Below, piece by piece: positions 47,735-55,637 of a stretch of 64,000 nt of DNA. The stretch spans positions 16,595 through 80,594 of the forward strand of contig CAZNMD010000002.1 of assembly GCA_964574355.1 (NCBI GenBank), given 5' to 3'. Numbering within the stretch: position 1 is the stretch's first letter; each line of letters starts with the position of its first letter. A model generated the notes under the pieces. That model saw only the letters and a list, made by a program, of their open reading frames with translations, did not search any database and was not told the DNA's origin. The position numbers and the translations under genes were made by a program. The stretch is from an uncultured Candidatus Saccharibacteria bacterium (lineage in GTDB: Bacteria > Patescibacteriota > Minisyncoccia > Phycocordibacterales > DSPV01).

Positions 47735-49180
47735 GTGTTTATGAAGTTAGATGTTGATACATTAACAATCAAGGATATACGTGCCGGTCTCGATGCCGGA
47801 GATTTTTCCTCGGTTGATTTAGTGAAAGCGTATCGAAAACGAATTGATGAAAAAAATGGCAACATCAATGCACTTTTGGAAGTATTTGATGATGCGATAG
47901 TAGAGGCAAAGGAGGCTGACAAGCGTCTTGCGGCAGGGGAGAGCCTGCCTCTTTTGGGTGTACCTTTTGGGATCAAAGATAATATTTTGATAAAAGGAAA
48001 ACGCGCAGGATCAGCCTCGAAAATTCTTGAGGGTTACGTGGCGCCATATGATGCAACAGTAATCTCAAAGTTGAAAAAAGAAGGAGCGGTTTTTTTGGGT
48101 CGCGCAAATATGGATGAGTTTGCGATGGGTGGTTCGACCGAAAACAGTGCGTATGGGGTAACAAAAAATCCACATGACGAAAGTCGAGTAGCCGGAGGAT
48201 CTTCTGGTGGTTCAGCTGCGCTTGTGGCAATGGGAGGAGCACCAGCTGCACTTGGTTCTGATACTGGCGGTTCTGTTCGACAACCGGCATCGTTTTGCGG
48301 CCTTGTTGGGATGAAGCCAACCTATGGTGCGGTGTCGCGCTATGGGGTTATGGCGATGGGCTCGTCGCTTGATCAAATTGGTCCTTTTGCAAAAACGGTC
48401 GCTGATGCAAAAACAATTTTTGACGCTATTCGTGGAAAAGATCGTTTTGATGGTACAACATTTGAGGAGGGGGCATATAGTTTACCAAAAGAAAAGAAGA
48501 AATATGTTATTGGTGTCCCGCGAACATTTACCAATGCTAAAGGTGTTGATCCTCGGGTTATAAAGAATCTAGAAGATTCGGTTGCGGTCTTGAAAAAAGC
48601 TGGCATGGAGATTCGTGATATTGAATTACCGAACGCAAAGTATGCGCTTGCGGTTTACTACATTTTGATGCCAGCTGAAGCGTCGACGAATCTTGCGCGG
48701 TTTGATGGTATGCGTTTTGGGGCACGTATTGAAGGAGATGTGTTGCTTGGTGATTATGCGAAAACACGAGGTACGCTTTTTGGTCCGGAAGTGCGTCGCC
48801 GTATCGTACTTGGTACTTATGTTCTTTCTGCTGGTTATTACGATGCCTATTACGGAAAAGCCGAAGCAACTCGGGCGGTTATTAAAGAAGATTTCAAACA
48901 AATTTTTGAAAGCGGTGTAGATGCGATTTTAACACCGACGGCTCCGACTCCTGCCTTTAAAATCGGTGAGAAAGCTAATGATCCCATTGAAATGTATTTG
49001 GCTGATATTTTCACAGTCACTGCAAATATTGTAGGTGTTCCTGCTATATCGGTTCCCTCGGGTTTTGTTGATGAGGGTGGAAAAAAATTGCCACTTGGTA
49101 TGCAGTTTATGTCTGATTGGGGGCGGGATGATGTATTGTTTAGGATAGCGGAGTCTTTTGAAAAGGGGCAGAGTCAGTAG
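47735..49180 (+). CDS. gatA: Asp/Glu-tRNA amidotransferase subunit A (amidase)
   Basis: Amidase signature GGSSGGSAALVA, Ser-cisSer-Lys triad context. Confidence 0.9.
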   Translation: MFMKLDVDTLTIKDIRAGLDAGDFSSVDLVKAYRKRIDEKNGNINALLEVFDDAIVEAKEADKRLAAGESLPLLGVPFGIKDNILIKGKRAGSASKILEGYVAPYDATVISKLKKEGAVFLGRANMDEFAMGGSTENSAYGVTKNPHDESRVAGGSSGGSAALVAMGGAPAALGSDTGGSVRQPASFCGLVGMKPTYGAVSRYGVMAMGSSLDQIGPFAKTVADAKTIFDAIRGKDRFDGTTFEEGAYSLPKEKKKYVIGVPRTFTNAKGVDPRVIKNLEDSVAVLKKAGMEIRDIELPNAKYALAVYYILMPAEASTNLARFDGMRFGARIEGDVLLGDYAKTRGTLFGPEVRRRIVLGTYVLSAGYYDAYYGKAEATRAVIKEDFKQIFESGVDAILTPTAPTPAFKIGEKANDPIEMYLADIFTVTANIVGVPAISVPSGFVDEGGKKLPLGMQFMSDWGRDDVLFRIAESFEKGQSQ

Positions 49181-49195
49181 TTTTTTGTAATTTTT

Positions 49196-51265
49196 ATGGC
49201 GGAAAAAGAAAAAAAGAAACCTGTAACACTATCCGATACGATTGGGGAAATTGTGACAATTATTGTCATTCTTCTTGTCATCAGTTCTCTTTTGGGAAGG
49301 CTTTCGGCGTTTATGACGACCGTGAGCGATCGTTTTCATGCCGCCTTGGGTGATCTTCCTGTTGGGGCAACTCCTATTGGTAGTACGGTTATTTCTTCCG
49401 GGGAGACAACTATTTTTGACGGCGAAGGGAATGAGATTGGTGTACAGCCATCTGGAGTTGCAGGAGTTGTTACTTCTGGCCCGATGTTTCGTGATGGCGA
49501 ACGCTATTGGTACATCGATTTTGATCCGCCAGGTGAGTCGGCAGATGGGTCACCGGACGGTTGGGTAAAAGAGAGTTCTCTTAAAACAAATAGAGGTTTG
49601 CCGTTTATTCCCGGCGACACTCCAGTTGGGACTGATATTGAGTTACGTAAAGCAATGAATGTGTATGATGTTCCTGGTGGAACAAAAATTGCTACAAAAG
49701 GTGCTGGTTCTGTTGGAACAGTTGTTGGTGGACCAAAAGCAGATGGTAGTACGCGATACTGGTTGATAGATTTTGATCCTCCGGGTCCTGGAGGGGGTGA
49801 TGGATGGGTTGCCGAAGAAGGTTTGAGCAACACTGACGGTTCTGATTTTCGTCCGGGAGGTACGCCTGTTGGACGTGAAGTCTCAACAAGAAAAGATGCT
49901 GACGTCTTTAATGACTTTAATGAAGACCCCGAATCCCAAGACAAGGGAGCTATTGGTGTGATTGTAGATGGTCCGTTTATGGTGAACGGTATGCGTTATT
50001 GGCATGTTGATTTTGATGAAGGACCTGATGGATGGGTTGAAGAGAAAAAATTAACACCAGCTCCTTCTTTTAAACCCGGTTCAACTCCTGTTGGGGATAG
50101 AATTAGTGTTTTGGAAATAGGTGGAACGTCTGTTCATCAAAGCCCGGGAGGTACTATTCTTGGAATGGTGTCTGTTGGTAGTGAAGGTGTTATTACTGCC
50201 GGACCAATTTTTACTGGCAATGAACGATGGTGGTACATCGATTTTGACGGGGGTCCTGACGGGTGGGTCCGCGAATCTTCGATTGAAGAAGATTCTGGTG
50301 CTTTGTTTGAACCAGGACAAACATCTGTTGGTAATCGAATGATTACAGGGGTAAATACGGTTGTTCGTGATGGGCCAGCGGGTGCAATTATTGGTGGTCA
50401 CGCGGCTGGTGCGGCTGGTACTGTTTCTGAAGGTCCTGTCTTAAAAGAAGGGCAGCGGTATTGGTACGTTGATTTTGATCCTTCAGGAAGTGGTGGCCCT
50501 GATGGGTGGATTATGGAGTTTGATATGAGAAATCCTGATGGGACGGTTTTCGATGCGGGAGATACTCCGGTTGGTAGTATGGTTCAAACAAAGAGAAAGA
50601 CTAGTGTCTACGATGATGCTGGTGAAAAGATTGGAACACAAAAAATGGGGAGGAAAGGTTCGGTTGAACGTGGGCCAATTTCACGAGATGGCGAGCGGTA
50701 TTGGTACATCGATTTTGTCAGTGGTCATGACGGGTGGGTTGCCGAGAAGGATATATTCTCTTATACAGAGCCGAGTTTGTGGAGAAGAATTGTTGATCTA
50801 GGTATTACGATTGTAAGAGTCTTACTTTGGATTCTCGCTGGATTGTTTCTTGTTGCGATTGTGGTTGTTGTTATTCGAACAAATTCAGTTGCAGCTGAGC
50901 TTAATGCATCAGTGAAACCAACAAAAGTAGAAGATGTATTAGTTCCTCAAAAAAATGCTGCATGGCAACGAGTCATGGAGCTTTCAGAATCAGACAATCC
51001 TTCTGAATGGAAGTTGGCTATTATAGAAGCTGATGCAATGCTCGATCGAATGCTTAAGGGTATGGGGTATCCAGGTGATACTGTTGGGGATCGATTGAAG
51101 GCGATTGAACGGAGTGATTTTACTTCATTAGATGATGCGTGGGAGGCGCATAAGGTTCGAAATAGAATTGCTCACGAAGGTGGAGACTTCTTAATAACGG
51201 GTAGAGAAACAAGACGAGTCATTCTTATGTATAAGCGAGTCTTTGAAGAGTTTCGGTTGATATAA
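49196..51265 (+). CDS. surface protein with six tandem SH3b-like repeats, a transmembrane helix and a cytoplasmic C-terminal domain
   Basis: Six ~100-aa repeats each ending ...G.RYW(Y/L)IDFDP...PDGWV.E..L, an SH3b-like pattern. N-terminal signal anchor, then transmembrane helix ITIVRVLLWILAGLFLVAIVVVVI, then a 130-aa tail. Confidence 0.55.
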   Translation: MAEKEKKKPVTLSDTIGEIVTIIVILLVISSLLGRLSAFMTTVSDRFHAALGDLPVGATPIGSTVISSGETTIFDGEGNEIGVQPSGVAGVVTSGPMFRDGERYWYIDFDPPGESADGSPDGWVKESSLKTNRGLPFIPGDTPVGTDIELRKAMNVYDVPGGTKIATKGAGSVGTVVGGPKADGSTRYWLIDFDPPGPGGGDGWVAEEGLSNTDGSDFRPGGTPVGREVSTRKDADVFNDFNEDPESQDKGAIGVIVDGPFMVNGMRYWHVDFDEGPDGWVEEKKLTPAPSFKPGSTPVGDRISVLEIGGTSVHQSPGGTILGMVSVGSEGVITAGPIFTGNERWWYIDFDGGPDGWVRESSIEEDSGALFEPGQTSVGNRMITGVNTVVRDGPAGAIIGGHAAGAAGTVSEGPVLKEGQRYWYVDFDPSGSGGPDGWIMEFDMRNPDGTVFDAGDTPVGSMVQTKRKTSVYDDAGEKIGTQKMGRKGSVERGPISRDGERYWYIDFVSGHDGWVAEKDIFSYTEPSLWRRIVDLGITIVRVLLWILAGLFLVAIVVVVIRTNSVAAELNASVKPTKVEDVLVPQKNAAWQRVMELSESDNPSEWKLAIIEADAMLDRMLKGMGYPGDTVGDRLKAIERSDFTSLDDAWEAHKVRNRIAHEGGDFLITGRETRRVILMYKRVFEEFRLI

Positions 51266-51269
51266 AACA

Positions 51270-51302
51270 AAAATAAAACCGCTTCAAACAGCGGTTTTAT
51301 TG
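51270..51302 (+). terminator. rho-independent terminator
   Basis: AAAACCGC-ttcaaaca-GCGGTTTTAT. Confidence 0.7.
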
Positions 51303-51304
51303 TG

Positions 51305-51322
51305 CTTGTTGCGGGGCCGGGG
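51305..51322 (-). repeat. direct repeat of the tRNA-fMet 3' end, lying 190 bp downstream of the gene
   Basis: CCCGGCCCCGCAACAAG (minus-strand sense) is identical to the 3' end of tRNA-fMet at 51514-51529. Confidence 0.6.
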
Positions 51323-51473
51323 TTGGTCACGAGTTACTAAGCTTTTTGTTTTGCTTTGCTCACAAAAATCTAAGTACTCTCGACCCCACCTCGCTGTCGC
51401 TCCATCGCAACATGCTGCGGCTTGCAATTCCCAACGCGAGCAAAGCAGTTTGCTCGCTGCTCACGCAATATGT

Positions 51474-51508
51474 GAAAAAGTCCCGGCCACAAAGGTCGAG
51501 ACTTTTTC
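51474..51508 (-). terminator. terminator after tRNA-fMet
   Basis: Minus strand: GAAAAAGTCTCGACC-tttgt-GGCCGGGACTTTTTC. Confidence 0.55.
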
Positions 51509-51515
51509 TACATTG

Positions 51516-51587
51516 TTGCGGGGCCGGGAATTGCACCCGGGCCTCCAGGTTATGAGCCTGACGAGGTACTACTCCTCCACCCCGCGA
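51516..51587 (-). tRNA. initiator tRNA-fMet (anticodon CAT)
   Basis: CGCGGGGTGGAGGAGTAGTACCTCGTCAGGCTCATAACCTGGAGGCCCGGGTGCAATTCCCGGCCCCGCAA. C1:A72 mismatch; aligns along its whole length with E. coli tRNA-fMet. Confidence 0.8.
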
Positions 51588-51689
51588 TAGGAGACAATAA
51601 TACTCTGATTTTTACTATATGGCAAGGATATTTGCAGATGATTTTTTATGTTACTATCACACGAGACAACACTTGTGTTTGGTGAAGTG

Positions 51690-51890
51690 AGGTGATTCAC
51701 TGCTTTTTGCAGGAGAAAATTCCTCCACTGTCGCGCAACGGTAATTCTCGCTTTGGGGCGAGATGAAGTCCGATCCCAACCACACAAATCTTCGTCGAAG
51801 GATTTGAATCGCTCGCGTCAGGCAATGAGTATTACCTTAAGTGATACTTAATTACTAACCTGCCGTGGCAGGTATTTTTTATGCCTGCCA
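51690..51890 (+). promoter_or_regulatory. candidate riboswitch-like leader with a terminator/antiterminator expression platform upstream of the ECF S-component gene
   Basis: A 300-nt leader. CCTGCC-gt-GGCAGG followed by TATTTTTT (terminator), immediately followed by GCCTGCC, which can pair with the same GGCAGG instead. Several upstream hairpins (CTCGC-tttggg-GCGAG). No match to an aptamer I can name. Confidence 0.25.
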
Positions 51891-51924
51891 GAGTAAGAAG
51901 GTGTGTCATTAAGAGAGAAAATAT

Positions 51925-52479
51925 ATGGATGAAAAACAAAACCTAAAAACAGGTTACTTGAAGTTAATCATTGGGTGGCTTGTAGTTTTTGCTATCCGTT
52001 TGTTTCCATTTCGTCCACCAAACGTTGAACCGATTCTTGCAACATTGATGCCGTTTTCCAAACGTTACGGTCCGTTAACTGGGTTTTTGTTTGGTTCACT
52101 TTCGATTGTTTTTCTTGATTTGGCTATCGGGCAGGTTGGTATGTGGACTTTGGTTACAGCTCTGGCATATGGACTGCTTGGTGTTTATTCGCATTTTGCA
52201 CTGAGGAATAAAAGAGGTGTGTCTTCATATGTAATAACAGGGGTTATTGGAACACTTGTTTATGATGCTGTGACTGGGTTATCAGTTGGTCCCTTGTTCT
52301 TCGGTCAGTCTTTTATGGGAGCTTTAATAGGACAGATTCCTTTTACGCTTATGCATGTGGCTGGAACTGTTGCGTTTTCACTTACGGTATCGCCGTTTGT
52401 TGAAAGGTGGATTATTGGCGCTCCTCGACTCGAAACGGGTGCTATTTTTGCGCGATTGAATTTTTTCGCATCTAAATAG
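51925..52479 (+). CDS. ECF-transporter S-component-like membrane protein
   Basis: 184 aa, ~6 transmembrane helices, size and hydropathy typical of ECF substrate-capture subunits. Confidence 0.45.
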   Translation: MDEKQNLKTGYLKLIIGWLVVFAIRLFPFRPPNVEPILATLMPFSKRYGPLTGFLFGSLSIVFLDLAIGQVGMWTLVTALAYGLLGVYSHFALRNKRGVSSYVITGVIGTLVYDAVTGLSVGPLFFGQSFMGALIGQIPFTLMHVAGTVAFSLTVSPFVERWIIGAPRLETGAIFARLNFFASK

Positions 52480-52486
52480 CGATTGA

Positions 52487-52520
52487 TTCCCCTCGACGGC
52501 TTGCTGTCGAGGGGTTTTTC
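52487..52520 (+). terminator. rho-independent terminator
   Basis: CCCCTCGAC-ggcttgct-GTCGAGGGG followed by TTTTT. Confidence 0.7.
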
Positions 52521-52540
52521 TATTATCGTGTCTTTACGTG

Positions 52541-52614
52541 GCCGGCGTAGTTCAATGGTAGAACGAAGGACTCATAAGCCTTAAACACAGGTCCGATTCC
52601 TGTCGCCGGCACCA
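52541..52614 (+). tRNA. tRNA-Met (elongator type, anticodon CAT), CCA encoded
   Basis: GCCGGCG acceptor with G1:C72, anticodon loop CTCATAA, T-arm ACAGG-TCCGATT-CCTGT, 3' CGCCGGC-A-CCA. Confidence 0.75.
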
Positions 52615-52687
52615 TAGTTTTGCGAATACTGCGTTTTTCTGATACATTTTGTTCTGTTCGGATATTGTGCTGGTTAGTTACAAATAT

Positions 52688-52761
52688 GCGGCCATAGCTC
52701 AATTGGTTAGAGCACTCCCCTGTCACGGGAGAGGTTGCCGGTTCGAGCCCGGTTGGCCGCG
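52688..52761 (+). tRNA. tRNA-Asp with anticodon GTC
   Basis: GCGGCCA acceptor, anticodon stem CTCCC/GGGAG with loop CTGTCAC, T-arm GCCGG-TTCGAGC-CCGGT. Confidence 0.8.
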
Positions 52762-52772
52762 CACTACGGGAC

Positions 52773-52800
52773 TTAAGGAGGCAAAAGCCTCCTTTTGTCT
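52773..52800 (+). terminator. terminator after the tRNA pair
   Basis: AAGGAGGC-aaaa-GCCTCCTT followed by TTGT. Confidence 0.6.
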
Positions 52801-52847
52801 TTCTGTGCAGTGTGTTTGAAATAGGGTCGCGTGTATACTATATATCC

Positions 52848-53366
52848 ATGTATACGCGTCGAGGATTTACTTTAATTGAGCTATTGGTGGTGATTGCTAT
52901 CATCGGGATGCTTTCTTCTGTGGCGATTTCTTCTTATAATTTTGCTCGTGAAAATGCAAAGTTGTCGCGTGTTCGAGCGGAGTTAAGACAAATTGCCTTA
53001 GCTCTTGAATTGTATGTTGATAATACAAATGGTGTGTATCCTGCCGATGTTGCTCGAAACGTGTTACCACCTGGCCTTGATCCATACTTAGGTTCGAGTG
53101 GTTGGCCAGTACCACCGTGGCCAGGAGCTTTTTATGATTGGGATAATTGGAATATTGCAGGAGTGGTTGTTCAACAAATCAGTGTTCGTTTTTGTCCACT
53201 CACTACTTCGCCCCCGTCGGATTGTACGTTTCCTGGATATTCATGGATTACACCCGCGTGGGATGGGTATAGCTCGGCATATTATTGTGTTACGGGTCCC
53301 TGTCGGGCTCATGAGAGTCAGCCTCCTGCGCATCCGGCGTATTGTTTGGGTGGAAAATGTCAGTAG
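52848..53366 (+). CDS. type IV pilin-like protein (second pilin locus); Cys- and Pro-rich C-terminal domain
   Basis: RRGFTLIELLVVIAIIGMLSSV prepilin N-terminus; 6 Cys in the C-terminal half. Confidence 0.65.
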   Translation: MYTRRGFTLIELLVVIAIIGMLSSVAISSYNFARENAKLSRVRAELRQIALALELYVDNTNGVYPADVARNVLPPGLDPYLGSSGWPVPPWPGAFYDWDNWNIAGVVVQQISVRFCPLTTSPPSDCTFPGYSWITPAWDGYSSAYYCVTGPCRAHESQPPAHPAYCLGGKCQ

Positions 53367-53390
53367 GTTTAATGATGAAATTGTCTTTTC

Positions 53391-53666
53391 ATGAGTAAAC
53401 AATTTCGTGCCATCGTAAAAGGGAGAGTACAACTCGTAATGTATCGTGATTTTTGTCAGCGCAAGGCGCGAGCATTAGGCATTGTTGGTTTTGCAAAAAA
53501 TCTTTCAGATGGGACAGTTGAGGTGATTGCAAGGGGAGAGGAGTCTCTGTTAATTATGTATATTGAGAAATTGAAAAAAGGATCGATTCTTTCAAAAGTT
53601 GAAGGTGTTGATGTTGTATGGCAGGAGCCAACATTTGTTGGAGATGATTTTTTGATTGCGTATTAA
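53391..53666 (+). CDS. acyP: acylphosphatase
   Basis: VKGRVQLVMYRDFCQRKARALGIVGFAKNLSDGTVEV. Confidence 0.7.
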   Translation: MSKQFRAIVKGRVQLVMYRDFCQRKARALGIVGFAKNLSDGTVEVIARGEESLLIMYIEKLKKGSILSKVEGVDVVWQEPTFVGDDFLIAY

Positions 53667-53669
53667 AAA

Positions 53670-54368
53670 ATGAAAACTGATTTGACTGTAAAAATTCCTT
53701 TATCGATCGGTATTATTATGGATGGAAATCGTCGCTTTGCTAAAGCTCACGGTTTGCCGCAAGTAGAAGGGCATCGATTGGGGTATGCGAAGCTTAAAGA
53801 GGTAGCGGGGTGGTGTCAGGAAGTCGGTATCAAATTTCTTACTGTTTATGCGTTTTCAACAGAAAACTGGAATCGCTCAAAAGACGAGGTTTCTTACCTT
53901 GTTGATCTTTTTAAAACAGTTCTTTTTTCTGAAGCAGAAAAGATTCAAAAAGAACACGGAGCTATTAGGTTTATTGGCGACCTTGGTCGTTTTAGTAAAG
54001 ACATGGTGGCAAAAATTAAAGAACTCGAAAATAATAATCCAGTCGAGCCAAATCTCACGCTTGTTGTGGCCCTTTCATATGGTGGCCGCTTAGAAATTCT
54101 CAGTGCAATTAATAAATTGATCGAGAAAGGAAGTGTAACCTCTTTTACTGAGGAAGAATTTTCAAAGCAGCTTTGGAGTACGGGAATTCCCGATCCTGAT
54201 CTTATTATTCGCGTTGGTGGCGAAAAGCGTCTTTCAAATTTTCTTACATGGCAATCGGTGTACAGTGAACTCTTTTTTTCTGATACTACATGGCCCGCAT
54301 TTACTAAAGAAGAATTCCTCTCGATTCTTGAAGAATTTTCAAATCGTGACCGTCGGATGGGGAAGTGA
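53670..54368 (+). CDS. uppS: undecaprenyl diphosphate synthase (isoprenyl transferase)
   Basis: IGIIMDGNRRFAK ... LTVYAFSTENWNRSKDEV ... cis-IPPS fold. Confidence 0.85.
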   Translation: MKTDLTVKIPLSIGIIMDGNRRFAKAHGLPQVEGHRLGYAKLKEVAGWCQEVGIKFLTVYAFSTENWNRSKDEVSYLVDLFKTVLFSEAEKIQKEHGAIRFIGDLGRFSKDMVAKIKELENNNPVEPNLTLVVALSYGGRLEILSAINKLIEKGSVTSFTEEEFSKQLWSTGIPDPDLIIRVGGEKRLSNFLTWQSVYSELFFSDTTWPAFTKEEFLSILEEFSNRDRRMGK

Positions 54369-54389
54369 TTTTTGACTTTGATAAGGTAA

Positions 54390-54746
54390 ATGAGTAGCAT
54401 CCTGTTAGGAGCTGTTTTTAGTATGAGTAACAATACAGAAATTGATCGAGATGAGTTGGTGTCCTGGACAAGAAAAATTATCGAGTCGCCATTTTGGATT
54501 CCTGATTTAGAGACAATGGTCCCTTATGAAAGAATTCAAGATGATCACGACGGAACCAAAGAAGGACGAATGATTCTTCAGATTAGTACGGATGGTGATG
54601 TTTGGTTTATGACTGACAAACACCACCCCTCCATGCGTTTTCGGATGCCGGGCATTGGAGGTGGCATGAGTCCGCGAGTTCGTAATGCGCTTATGATTCT
54701 TGCTTTTGCTATAAAGCTTGATAATCAAGAGATTCCCCAAGAGTAG
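54390..54746 (+). CDS. hypothetical protein
   Basis: 118-aa ORF with no recognisable motif. Confidence 0.35.
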   Translation: MSSILLGAVFSMSNNTEIDRDELVSWTRKIIESPFWIPDLETMVPYERIQDDHDGTKEGRMILQISTDGDVWFMTDKHHPSMRFRMPGIGGGMSPRVRNALMILAFAIKLDNQEIPQE

Positions 54747-54853
54747 TTTTTTTTGTTTGTTTTAAACCCCTGTTCTCAAAAAGAAACGATGGGGTTTTCT
54801 TTTGCTTAAAAAACTAGTATGATTCGACATATTCGGCTTGAAAATTGGACAAG

Positions 54854-54876
54854 GCCGATGTAGCTGTCTTGGTAGG
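54854..54876 (+). repeat. degenerate partial copy of the tRNA-Thr(GGT) 5' end, lying 55 nt upstream of the gene
   Basis: GCCGATGTAGCTGTCTTGGTAGG versus gene GCCGATGTAGCTCAGTTGGTAGAG. Confidence 0.5.
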
Positions 54877-54930
54877 TCGAAATGTTATTGATGGTGCGTA
54901 CGTTTGAGAAACTTGAAAATTGAATAATAT

Positions 54931-55003
54931 GCCGATGTAGCTCAGTTGGTAGAGCACGTCATTGGTAATGACGAGGTCATCAGTTCAATCCTGATCATCG
55001 GCT
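54931..55003 (+). tRNA. tRNA-Thr with anticodon GGT
   Basis: GCCGATG acceptor, anticodon loop TTGGTAA, T-arm ATCAG-TTCAATC-CTGAT. Confidence 0.8.
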
Positions 55004-55011
55004 CCTTTATG

Positions 55012-55035
55012 CACCAAAGTAGCCGTCTTGGTAAC
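55012..55035 (+). repeat. degenerate partial copy of the tRNA-Thr(CGT) 5' end, lying 49 nt upstream of the gene
   Basis: CACCAAAGTAGCCGTCTTGGTAAC versus gene GCCAAAGTAGCTCAGTTGGTAGAG. Confidence 0.5.
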
Positions 55036-55083
55036 TTTTACTAAAGGTGGTAGAAATAGGATTGAATTTCAGTATCAGTATGC

Positions 55084-55159
55084 GCCAAAGTAGCTCAGTT
55101 GGTAGAGCACCGCTTTCGTAAAGCGGGGGTCGCCAGTTCAATCCTGGCCTTTGGCTCCA
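55084..55159 (+). tRNA. tRNA-Thr with anticodon CGT, CCA encoded
   Basis: GCCAAAG acceptor, anticodon stem CCGCT/AGCGG with loop TTCGTAA, T-arm GCCAG-TTCAATC-CTGGC. Confidence 0.8.
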
Positions 55160-55178
55160 AAATTTATATCGTGAGAAT

Positions 55179-55619
55179 ATGAATAAAAAGGAATCGTACG
55201 CGGTTGCATCAGTTAAGGCGTTTATTGAACATAACGGAAAGATTTTGATTTTACGGGAGTCAAAAAAATATTCTGGAGGAACAAATCATGGTTTATATGT
55301 TATGCCTGGTGGAAAAGTTAATGAAGGTGAACATTTTTTAGATGCCTTGAGACGCGAGATTAGGGAGGAGTGTGGGCTTATTTCTAAGATAAAAATAGGA
55401 CGTCCTTTTCATGTTGATGAGTGGTATGTATCGGTTCCTGGAAAACCGCGTCAAATTGTCGGAACGTATTTTCATTGTAAATCTCAAAAGGCTGATATTG
55501 TTACGAATAGTGAATTTGATGACCATAAGTGGATTAATCCACGTTCATATAATCGGTATTTTTTAAATGATGCAGCTAAGCGGGCGTTTAAGGCTTTTAA
55601 TCAATTACAGAAGCGTTGA
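55179..55619 (+). CDS. NUDIX hydrolase
   Basis: Nudix box GGKVNEGEHFLDALRREIREECGL. Confidence 0.75.
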   Translation: MNKKESYAVASVKAFIEHNGKILILRESKKYSGGTNHGLYVMPGGKVNEGEHFLDALRREIREECGLISKIKIGRPFHVDEWYVSVPGKPRQIVGTYFHCKSQKADIVTNSEFDDHKWINPRSYNRYFLNDAAKRAFKAFNQLQKR

Positions 55620-55637
55620 AGCAAAAAATGCGTTACT

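Noticed and set aside
51300-51590. ORF 51300..51590(+), 96 aa, and 51346..51555(+)
   Set aside because: They lie antisense to and across the initiator tRNA-fMet gene and its flanking repeat; the composition is arbitrary (Arg/Ser/Leu-rich).
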